A DNA stretch of 64,000 nucleotides from positions 6,805 to 70,804 of the IMG/VR virus record IMGVR_UViG_3300040856_002293; one strand, given 5' to 3'. The stretch is from a virus. Positions 16,781-24,655 of the stretch are shown one piece after another (positions within the stretch are counted from its first letter, which is position 1; each line of letters starts with the position of its first letter). The translations under genes and the position numbers were made by a program. The notes below the pieces were generated by a model. The model saw only the letters and a list, made by a program, of their open reading frames with translations. It searched no databases and was not told where the DNA came from.

Positions 16781-17455
16781 ATGAAAAAACATATAGCACA
16801 GTTCTTTAAATTTTTAGAGGAAAAAGGAGAGCAAAATATTCCGTTAAGGCTTAAGCTCTTAAATCCTAACGTCTTTAAACTTACGAAAGAAGATTTAAAC
16901 GTTAAAGGTGATTTGGAGTTGAGTAAAACCGATATAAAAGAACTTCCACAAGGTCTTGAGGTAGAGTGGAATTTAAGTTTAGATGATTGCACATCACTCA
17001 AAGAACTGCCTCAAGGACTTCAGGTGGGTGATAATTTATCTTTAAGAGGTTGCACATCTCTTGAAAAACTACCACAAGGACTTAAGGTAGGATGGAATTT
17101 AAATTTAAAAGGTTGCACATCGCTAAAAGAACTTCCACAAGGACTTCAGGTGGGTAGGAGTTTATGGTTAGAAGGTTGTACATCGCTAAAAGAACTTCCA
17201 CAAGGTCTTGAGGTAGAGTGGAATTTAAGTTTAGATGATTGCACATCACTCAAAGAACTGCCTCAAGGACTTCAGGTGGGTGAGAATTTAAATTTATGGG
17301 ATTGCACATCCCTTGAAAAACTACCCCAAGGTCTTAAGGTAATCGGTAATTTACATTTGGGAAACACACCAATTGCAAAAAAGTATTCAGAAGAACAGAT
17401 ACGTTCTATGATAGAAAATGGTGGAGGATTTGTTAAAGGTAAAATTTATACATAA
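16781..17455 (+). CDS. leucine-rich-repeat protein (21-aa repeats)
   Basis: about 7 units of (KE/EK)LPQGLxVxxxLxLxxCTSL. Confidence 0.9.
   Translation: MKKHIAQFFKFLEEKGEQNIPLRLKLLNPNVFKLTKEDLNVKGDLELSKTDIKELPQGLEVEWNLSLDDCTSLKELPQGLQVGDNLSLRGCTSLEKLPQGLKVGWNLNLKGCTSLKELPQGLQVGRSLWLEGCTSLKELPQGLEVEWNLSLDDCTSLKELPQGLQVGENLNLWDCTSLEKLPQGLKVIGNLHLGNTPIAKKYSEEQIRSMIENGGGFVKGKIYT
16936..17345 (+). repeat. 63-bp tandem coding repeat
   Basis: about 95 bp at 16936 recurs exactly 252 bp (4 x 63) downstream at 17188. Confidence 0.9.
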
Positions 17456-17471
17456 TGAAAAAACACAAAAT

Positions 17472-18104
17472 ATGAAAACTATACTAACAACCCTTGCATT
17501 CTTATTAGTAATTACAATGTACTCACAAACAGGATGCTATACTTTTCCTTCAAGTGCAAGATCATCGGTAGGTGTTTTAAAACTTGGAGCAGGTATTATG
17601 CCTTTTATGATGCAAGACAACGACCAGCTTCCTATTAGGATGTTTATGATGGAGATGGAGTATAAAACTTGGGGAGGAGGAGTTCAAGTTGACGTTAGGT
17701 CAGGGGATACTTACCTAACAAAAACATTTCCTTATGCTCCTTCCATATCTATGGATTCAAGACTATACGGCTATCATAATATGAATGATAATATATCTAT
17801 AGGAGGATACGGACAGATTAACTCTACAAGTATGTGGGTGGATGGATGTGCTTTGGGAGGACTCTTACGATACTCACAAGACTTTAAGAACGTTGGTATG
17901 TTTGGACAAGTACAACTACCTTTCTTTAGTATGCAAAGAAGACCTCCCTCAACGGTAGCAAATGGGATGGAGCATCAAAAACTATATTGGTTTGGTATTC
18001 CTGAAAATTTTGGGCAAGATGACTTTCACAAAACAAGACCATCCGAATATAGATTTACAGTTGGCGTATATATAAGAATAAACAGTAGAATATATCCATA
18101 TTAA
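17472..18104 (+). CDS. secreted or outer-membrane beta-barrel-like protein
   Basis: signal peptide MKTILTTLAFLLVITMYSQ; alternating beta-strand pattern; paralog of 19134. Confidence 0.65.
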   Translation: MKTILTTLAFLLVITMYSQTGCYTFPSSARSSVGVLKLGAGIMPFMMQDNDQLPIRMFMMEMEYKTWGGGVQVDVRSGDTYLTKTFPYAPSISMDSRLYGYHNMNDNISIGGYGQINSTSMWVDGCALGGLLRYSQDFKNVGMFGQVQLPFFSMQRRPPSTVANGMEHQKLYWFGIPENFGQDDFHKTRPSEYRFTVGVYIRINSRIYPY

Positions 18105-18117
18105 TAGACCCAGCCTT

Positions 18118-18696
18118 ATGATTAAACTAAAGCCACTTGTAGAAGGTATTTTAAAAGAAAGATATGATATTTCCAAATACGACAATATGTTAAAACAAAA
18201 ATATGATATAGATTATTCAGACTTAAATTATTTAGGAAGGGGAGACTTTGGTGAAGCATATTCTGATGATGAGGGGAAGGTCTTTAAGTTTACAAGTTCT
18301 AAAAGCGAGGCATCATTAGCAAAAGAAATAATGAAAAGTAACTCAAAGTATAATGCCTTTGCAGATATCTACGATGTAGTAGATTTAGATAATAGAGTGA
18401 CACTCATAGTACAAGAAGAATTAGAAGAAGACAGTTCTATAGAAGATATGTACTATGAAGTAGATAATATATTAGATAATCAAGAACTTCCTATACAGTA
18501 TATACATAATTTAGATTATGATGAATTAGACGAAGAAATTGATTCAGAGTTAGAAAAATTTATTAACGATTTAGAAGATATAGTTAGGTCGTATAGAATG
18601 TTAGGTATAGAAGCCTCTGATATACGCCCAGAAAATATGGGATATGACAAATCAGGTAAATTGAAAGCATTCGATATAGATGATAAAAATAAGTAA
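18118..18696 (+). CDS. protein-kinase-like enzyme with putative head-targeting leader
   Basis: Gly loop LGRGDFGEAY, VFKFT lysine, catalytic DIRPEN, AFDID; leader MIKLKPLVE. Confidence 0.8.
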   Translation: MIKLKPLVEGILKERYDISKYDNMLKQKYDIDYSDLNYLGRGDFGEAYSDDEGKVFKFTSSKSEASLAKEIMKSNSKYNAFADIYDVVDLDNRVTLIVQEELEEDSSIEDMYYEVDNILDNQELPIQYIHNLDYDELDEEIDSELEKFINDLEDIVRSYRMLGIEASDIRPENMGYDKSGKLKAFDIDDKNK

Positions 18697-18697
18697 G

Positions 18698-19129
18698 ATG
18701 ATTAAACTAAGACAACTATTAAAAGAAGCCAAGAAGAAACTCTATCCTTGTCCTAAACCAACAAAGGATTTAAAACTTAATACAAAGAATAGAAACAAGG
18801 CTATTAAAGCAGACCACATTAAGTATGGTCCTTTAAACGTAGATAAGCCAGGAAACTTTTGGAAACAAATAGCAAAGTTTTGGAACACAGAAGAAGATGC
18901 AGCAAAGTCTTCTTTATGTGGTAACTGTGCTGCATTTGATGTATCTCCAAGAATGAAGCAGTGTATGCCTGGAGAACTACAAGATGATGATGGAGTATTA
19001 GGATACTGCTGGATGCATCACTTTAAGTGCCACTCTGCAAGAACCTGTAGAACGTGGGTGAAGGGTGGACCTATAAAAACAGATGATGTATCTGAAACTT
19101 GGCAGAATCAATCAGATAATAAAGAATAA
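18698..19129 (+). CDS. Cys/His-rich conserved phage protein with leader
   Basis: MIKLRQLLKE; CGNC...GYCWMHHFKCHSARTCRTW. Confidence 0.8.
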   Translation: MIKLRQLLKEAKKKLYPCPKPTKDLKLNTKNRNKAIKADHIKYGPLNVDKPGNFWKQIAKFWNTEEDAAKSSLCGNCAAFDVSPRMKQCMPGELQDDDGVLGYCWMHHFKCHSARTCRTWVKGGPIKTDDVSETWQNQSDNKE

Positions 19130-19133
19130 TACT

Positions 19134-19742
19134 ATGAAAAAGGCTTTTTTAACTGTTTTATTAGGAATATTGGTAGCGTGGAGTGCATCTTGCCAACAAA
19201 AAAGCCTTATTTACGCATTTGGAGCGTATTTAAGTCCCTCTTTTGATGCGGATGGTAGATTACCCCTCCCATTAGAAATAGGGGCAAATATGGGCAATAC
19301 TTGGGTATTATTCCAATCAGAAGTGCGTAGAGGCAACACATATGCCACTTTAATCTCAAATAATGTACCTGATATCTCTATAGATACACGATATAGCGTT
19401 ATAAGTAGGCTAAAAAGGAGTATAGATAGGGATATTGAAGGTAGTTTGGGGGGATACAATCATTTTTTGGGTGGGTACTTTCAATTTACAACTACTTCAA
19501 TGGTGGTGGATGGTGCTACTATAGGATTGTATTATCGTTATGTAAATCGGCCTCACAAGAAAATCGGCTTCTTCGCAGATTTTTTATTCCCGGTGCTTGG
19601 CTATAATAAGATATTAAAGTGGAATCCTGTAGAACAGCACGTTAATTCTATTGTCTTTGGTCATAATCTAAATAGACAGTATAGAGCAAGAAATACAGAG
19701 ATACGATTTAAGGTTGGATTGATTATTCAAAACTTTTTTTAA
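19134..19742 (+). CDS. secreted or outer-membrane beta-barrel-like protein
   Basis: signal peptide; shares 'VRxGxTY', 'PxISxDxR' and 'GGYxQxxxTSMxVDG' with 17472; C-terminal Phe. Confidence 0.65.
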   Translation: MKKAFLTVLLGILVAWSASCQQKSLIYAFGAYLSPSFDADGRLPLPLEIGANMGNTWVLFQSEVRRGNTYATLISNNVPDISIDTRYSVISRLKRSIDRDIEGSLGGYNHFLGGYFQFTTTSMVVDGATIGLYYRYVNRPHKKIGFFADFLFPVLGYNKILKWNPVEQHVNSIVFGHNLNRQYRARNTEIRFKVGLIIQNFF

Positions 19743-19779
19743 ACTATTTTAGTATATTTATAATAAATAACTAATTAAT

Positions 19780-20166
19780 ATGAAAACTCATAAACTAAAA
19801 GTAACTCTTAACGAGATTAAAAGAATGCAAGAATTGGCGGGAATCTTAAAAGAGGGAAGTTCATATCAGTATGTAAGTAGTAAGATGGACAATGATATTG
19901 ACCTTGAAGATCAAATTATTGATTTGATAAAACACTATAATTTAGGAAGTGGGAGACCTGGAGGGAATAACGCAGATTGGGGTGGAACTGTATGGTCAAT
20001 ACAAGATCCAAATATCTATTTATATCTCGGAGATGATGAATTAGTAGTAGTCAAAAGAGAAATAGTAGATGAAGATAAATATGATGATACAATAATAGCA
20101 TCCATTACTTCTGATGAAGAATTAGAAGATATTCTTAAGAAAGCAAAATCAAATAAATTAAAATGA
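19780..20166 (+). CDS. hypothetical protein with shared leader MKTHKLKVTLNEIKRMxxLAGI
   Basis: first about 60 nt nearly identical to 20163 and 20645. Confidence 0.85.
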   Translation: MKTHKLKVTLNEIKRMQELAGILKEGSSYQYVSSKMDNDIDLEDQIIDLIKHYNLGSGRPGGNNADWGGTVWSIQDPNIYLYLGDDELVVVKREIVDEDKYDDTIIASITSDEELEDILKKAKSNKLK

Positions 20167-20639
20167 AAACTCATAAACTAAAAGTAACTCTTAACGAGAT
20201 TAAAAGAATGAAACAATTGGCTGGTATTTTAAATGAAGCTCTAAACAAAGATATGAAATTGTTTGGAAAAGATTTGGCTAAGTATTTAGAAAAAGAAAAA
20301 TTTCAAGTTAAATTTGTTAGTGGTAGACTATCTAATGAAGATTATGCTAAGGTAAAAAATACTATGGGTATTGTAGCTTTAGGTTTGGTTGAAAACCCTG
20401 AGTATCAGATGTTAACTTTATACTACAACCCTAAAGAAGTTAAAAAAATAGATAAAATAGTTAAAAAATTCCAATTATCCCCATACGAAGGGAGGGAATT
20501 TAAGGTTGATGGAGGTTGGGGAATTAAGAAAGTTATTGGAGCATTAAATCCCGGAGATATTTATCAATATGCTAAAGAGTCTGGTATTTATTATTTTATG
20601 AGAACAAAGACTGTATCCACAAAAATAGATAAAAAATAA
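20163..20639 (+). CDS. hypothetical protein with shared leader
   Basis: same leader, unrelated body. Confidence 0.85.
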   Translation: MKTHKLKVTLNEIKRMKQLAGILNEALNKDMKLFGKDLAKYLEKEKFQVKFVSGRLSNEDYAKVKNTMGIVALGLVENPEYQMLTLYYNPKEVKKIDKIVKKFQLSPYEGREFKVDGGWGIKKVIGALNPGDIYQYAKESGIYYFMRTKTVSTKIDKK

Positions 20640-20644
20640 TTAAA

Positions 20645-21004
20645 ATGAAAACTCACAAATTAAAAGTAACTCTTAACGAGATTAAGAGAATGCAACAATT
20701 GGCAGGTATTTCTGCTTTGAATGAAGGAGATTCTGTAAGAGTTAAAGTATCAAAAGATGACCTTGTTGATTTTACTATACCAGATTGGGCTTTACCTACT
20801 TTAATTAATGCTGATCATAGTCATTTAACAGATGAAGAAGAGATAGAACTTGATAATTTTGTGAAAGAAACAGTATCTAAATATGGAAATGCTAATTTTT
20901 TATTAGGAGATGAAAATGATGACGATTTAGGATTTCAAACAAGAAATAGTATTAATAATATGGGAGGAGATTGCCATAGATTATATATTATGCCCTCTAA
21001 ATAA
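20645..21004 (+). CDS. hypothetical protein with shared leader
   Basis: same leader; body contains 'IPDWALPTLINAD.S.L...E'. Confidence 0.85.
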   Translation: MKTHKLKVTLNEIKRMQQLAGISALNEGDSVRVKVSKDDLVDFTIPDWALPTLINADHSHLTDEEEIELDNFVKETVSKYGNANFLLGDENDDDLGFQTRNSINNMGGDCHRLYIMPSK

Positions 21005-21007
21005 AAA

Positions 21008-21050
21008 CAAAAGCCCCTTCCTTCTTAATCATTTGGTTGGGGCTTTTTTG
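21008..21050 (+). terminator. putative terminator
   Basis: AAAAGCCCC...GGGGCTTTTTT. Confidence 0.55.
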
Positions 21051-21131
21051 TTTATAGACTATATTTATTTTTAGAAAGATAAATTAATATAAAAACTACA
21101 TACTTATACACAAACAAACAATTTAAACATT

Positions 21132-21731
21132 ATGAAATTACACAGTTTATTTTTTATTTTAATGTTATCTCTTTTCAGTTGTTCAACTGGGGGAGATGTA
21201 GACACAACGGAACAGGAAGGAACAGATACAGTAGATACAGTAATTGTAGATGCTCCTACAGGGGGTGTGGTTGATGCTCCTGTTGTTACTGCTCCCACGA
21301 AAAAAAACAAACCTTTGTTGGTAGAGAAGGATTTGCCTAAATCTCCAGATGGAACTGTCGTTGAGATGACAACCGAAGAAGAAGAGCAACCCTTAGTAAC
21401 TGCTCCTATCTTCTTTGACTGTGAAATCAAAAAGAGAGCAAAAGCTCAAATGAGATGTTCTGAGAAATCTTTACAAACTTATGTAGAAGAACACATTGAG
21501 TTTGTAGGAGAAGAGAAATCAGAACACTATGCTTCTGTTAGAATTGTCATTAGACCAAACGGGTCTACAGGAACAGTAACTGTTCTTGGAACAAGTGATG
21601 AACAATTTGGTGCAGCAGTTGTTAAAACTATTAGAAACTTAAATGTAGATGGTCTTATGTGGACACCAGCTTATAAAGATAGTGTTGCTGTTGCATTTGA
21701 CTACTACACAGAGTTTGAGATTAATTATTAG
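21132..21731 (+). CDS. lipoprotein with TonB C-terminal-like domain
   Basis: lipobox LFSC; T/P/E linker; 'VRIVIRPNG...V.VL...FGAAVVKTI..L...WTPA..D..AV'. Confidence 0.7.
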   Translation: MKLHSLFFILMLSLFSCSTGGDVDTTEQEGTDTVDTVIVDAPTGGVVDAPVVTAPTKKNKPLLVEKDLPKSPDGTVVEMTTEEEEQPLVTAPIFFDCEIKKRAKAQMRCSEKSLQTYVEEHIEFVGEEKSEHYASVRIVIRPNGSTGTVTVLGTSDEQFGAAVVKTIRNLNVDGLMWTPAYKDSVAVAFDYYTEFEINY

Positions 21732-21830
21732 TATTCAATCATTAATTTTTTAATAAATAGGAGACTTACATAAATGTTTGTCTCCTTTTTTTTTTAATAT
21801 TTATGTATATATTTATATAAAATAAGTATT

Positions 21831-21971
21831 ATGTTTATAGAGAGTCCCTATCCAATTATTTTGCTATATACTATCACATTTGTAATTGTAGCTTACGGTA
21901 TAAAATATCACCAGGATGGAGTTACCTTTAAAGATTTATATACCATAATTAAAAACAAAATAAAACAGTAA
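21831..21971 (+). CDS. small membrane protein (46 aa, not in track)
   Basis: MFIESPYPIILLYTITFVIVAYG...; TATTTATA at 21810; stop overlaps the next ATG. Confidence 0.55.
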   Translation: MFIESPYPIILLYTITFVIVAYGIKYHQDGVTFKDLYTIIKNKIKQ

Positions 21972-22495
21972 TGAATTTAACAGATTTACTAATAGAATCG
22001 TTACTATTAGAGTTTAGTGGAGGTGAACCTTATGATTATACACTTAGGGGATTTAAAGATTGTCAATCTGTAAGTAGATATACTTTTGAAATAAAAGATA
22101 TTCCTAATACGCATACTTTAACTTATAAAGTAATGTTATCTTATTTAGACTTTTCTGAAAGAAAACGCTTAGGTATTACTTTCAGTACATTAGAAAAAGG
22201 ATATGAAGAAATACAAGGTATACCAGTAAGAATTCTTATGAATTTAATGGCTACTATTTCTAAAATAGTAAAAGACCATATAAAGGGTTGTTATAATAAA
22301 GAGACTTTACCTTTGGAAGCTCTTAGTTTCTATGCTTTAGAAAGTGCAAAAGATGATCCAATGTCAGGAGACCATAATAGAAGAGCTAAATTTTATATTA
22401 GAGTTCTTGTACAACAATTAAACATAGACCAATCAAAAATACAAAGAAGAGGATCCGATTATATTATCCCAATAGATTTAGACGATTTTAAATAA
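21971..22495 (+). CDS. tandem paralog 1 with leader (MNLTDLLIESLLLE)
   Basis: high identity to 22502. Confidence 0.85.
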   Translation: MNLTDLLIESLLLEFSGGEPYDYTLRGFKDCQSVSRYTFEIKDIPNTHTLTYKVMLSYLDFSERKRLGITFSTLEKGYEEIQGIPVRILMNLMATISKIVKDHIKGCYNKETLPLEALSFYALESAKDDPMSGDHNRRAKFYIRVLVQQLNIDQSKIQRRGSDYIIPIDLDDFK

Positions 22496-22501
22496 AAAAA
22501 A

Positions 22502-23020
22502 ATGATAAAACTAACAGATTTACTATTAGAATCACTTCTCTTAGAATTTAGTAATGGCGATCCTTATGAGTTTACAACATACCATAAAACTTGTGAAGGT
22601 GATAGTAGATATAAATTTCAAATAAAAGATATTCCAAATATAGGTACTTTAACTTATAAAGTAGAATTAGAGTATTATAGGTATAATAAAAGTTTGGGTA
22701 TCAGTTTCAGTACAGAAGAATCACATTATTCAGAAATACAAGGTATACCAGTAAGAATTCTTATGAATTTAATGGCTACTATTTCACAAATAGTAAGAGA
22801 ACATATAAAGGGTTGTTATAATAAAGAGACTTTACCTCTTGAAAATCTCAGTTTTCTTGCTTTAGGAAGTGCAAAAGATGACCCATCTTCAGAAGATCAT
22901 AATAAAAGAGCTAAATTTTATATTAGAGTTCTTGTACAACAATTAAATATTGATAAGTCGACAATAAAAAGACAAGGAAATAACTATATTATCCCAATAG
23001 ATTTAGACGATTTTAAATAA
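22502..23020 (+). CDS. tandem paralog 2 with leader (MIKLTDLLLESLLLE)
   Basis: paralog of both neighbours. Confidence 0.85.
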   Translation: MIKLTDLLLESLLLEFSNGDPYEFTTYHKTCEGDSRYKFQIKDIPNIGTLTYKVELEYYRYNKSLGISFSTEESHYSEIQGIPVRILMNLMATISQIVREHIKGCYNKETLPLENLSFLALGSAKDDPSSEDHNKRAKFYIRVLVQQLNIDKSTIKRQGNNYIIPIDLDDFK

Positions 23021-23026
23021 AAAAAA

Positions 23027-23554
23027 ATGATAAAACTAACAGATTTACTATTAGAATCCTTACTTTTAGAATTTAGTAATGGTGATCCCTATGATTATAA
23101 ACTTCAGGGACCAAAAGATTGCAAGTATGATACCGAATATACATTTGAAACAGAAGATATTGAAAATGTAGGTATTCTTAATTATATAGTAAGTTTAAGA
23201 AATTATTCATGGACAAAAAGATTAAGCATATCCTTTAGTACAGTAAAAAAAGGGTATGACGATATTGGGAATATACCTACAAGTATATTAAAAAATATTA
23301 TGGCTACTATAACAGATATAGTAAAAAAACATATATTGTATTGTAATGATTCAGATTCTGATTATAATGTAAAAGAATTAACTTTTACACCATTATCAAG
23401 TTCAAAAGATTATGCAAGAAATTCTGAACATAATAGAAGAGCAATATTATATATTAGGGTAATAACTCAACAATTAGGAATACCAGCCTCCCAAATTAAA
23501 AAAGAAGGAGGCTCATACATAGTTCCCATAAATATTGAAGACTTAAGAAAGTAG
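23027..23554 (+). CDS. tandem paralog 3 with leader
   Basis: paralog of the two upstream genes. Confidence 0.85.
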   Translation: MIKLTDLLLESLLLEFSNGDPYDYKLQGPKDCKYDTEYTFETEDIENVGILNYIVSLRNYSWTKRLSISFSTVKKGYDDIGNIPTSILKNIMATITDIVKKHILYCNDSDSDYNVKELTFTPLSSSKDYARNSEHNRRAILYIRVITQQLGIPASQIKKEGGSYIVPINIEDLRK

Positions 23555-23681
23555 ATAAAGAATATATAGTTCCTATAGATATGGAAGAACTATTAAAACT
23601 TAAGTAGTAATAGTTTTGTCAATATATTAAAGATTACATAAATTTTTATTAAATTTACATTTTTAAACCAAATTCATAATT

Positions 23682-23861
23682 ATGAAAGTTTTAATCATTG
23701 CTTTTGGAGTGATTTTAGTAGGTGTGGGTCTTTATTTTTCTATTAAGAATTATCTTAATGAACAAGGAAATGAAGGTTCTAAAGAAGTTAAAAATCTTAC
23801 TGTTAGTGGTAAGAATAAGAAAACTACTGCTACACCTCGTAAAAAAACTTCAAAAAAATAG
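23682..23861 (+). CDS. small membrane protein with basic tail (59 aa, not in track)
   Basis: MKVLIIAFGVILVGVGLYF...TPRKKTSKK; preferred over the track's 23722 ORF. Confidence 0.6.
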   Translation: MKVLIIAFGVILVGVGLYFSIKNYLNEQGNEGSKEVKNLTVSGKNKKTTATPRKKTSKK

Positions 23862-23939
23862 TGTATCTATATTAGATTTACTATATTTGCATCTCCCCAC
23901 AATTAGTGGGGGGATTTTTTAATTTAAAAATAATAAGTT

Positions 23940-24029
23940 ATGACTATTTTAGGAATCATTGGAATTTTTTCTATGTTATTTGGAATTTCCCTAATTAAGG
24001 AAGCATTAGAAGAATTAAAGTTATTTTAA
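23940..24029 (+). CDS. tiny membrane peptide (29 aa)
   Basis: MTILGIIGIFSMLFGISLIKEALEELKLF after promoter-like TATATTTG at 23882. Confidence 0.4.
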   Translation: MTILGIIGIFSMLFGISLIKEALEELKLF

Positions 24030-24033
24030 GATT

Positions 24034-24654
24034 ATGAACGTATTAGAATTATTTGCAGGTTCTCGTAGCATTGGAAAAGTTGCGGAGAAGTTAGGACACA
24101 ATGTATTCTCAGTAGATTGGGAAAACTATGATGGAATTGACTTAGTAAAAGATATAAGTCAATTAACAAAAGATGATATACCATTTGTACCTAATATGAT
24201 ATGGGCATCACCTGATTGTACAACTTATAGTATTGCTGCTTGTTCTACACATAGAGAAAATACTGTGAATCCAAAAACAGAGTACGCTAAACAATGTGAT
24301 TCTACTAATATTCATTTTATAAATCTTATAAAAGAATATCTAAAGATAAATCCCAATCTTGTTTACTTTATAGAGAATCCAAGAGGAATGATGAGAAAAA
24401 TGCCTTGGATGCAAGAATTCAATAGGCATACTGTTTGGTACTGTAAGTATGGTGATATAAGAGCAAAGCCAACAGATATTTGGACAAACAGTACAACTTG
24501 GATACCGAGACCTATTTGTAAGAATGGTAATAAAGATTGCCATCATCAACCTGCCCCAAGAGGTAGTAGAACAGGAACTCAAGGATTAAGTAAATCCTAC
24601 GATAAGTCTAAAATACCACAACAGTTATGCGAAGAAATAGTAAAAAGTTTATAG
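24034..24654 (+). CDS. short DNA (cytosine-5)-methyltransferase-like protein
   Basis: VLELFAGSRS (motif I), WASPDC (IV variant), FIENP (VI), KPTDIW. Confidence 0.8.
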   Translation: MNVLELFAGSRSIGKVAEKLGHNVFSVDWENYDGIDLVKDISQLTKDDIPFVPNMIWASPDCTTYSIAACSTHRENTVNPKTEYAKQCDSTNIHFINLIKEYLKINPNLVYFIENPRGMMRKMPWMQEFNRHTVWYCKYGDIRAKPTDIWTNSTTWIPRPICKNGNKDCHHQPAPRGSRTGTQGLSKSYDKSKIPQQLCEEIVKSL

Positions 24655-24655
24655 T

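Noticed and set aside
16781-17455. Diversity-generating retroelement TR/VR pair in the LRR repeats or paralog triplets
   Set aside because: Differences are not confined to adenines and there is no reverse transcriptase in the window.
23722-23922. Track ORF 23722-23922
   Set aside because: The alternative frame 23682-23861 has an ATG, an AT-rich leader and a coherent membrane-plus-basic-tail product.
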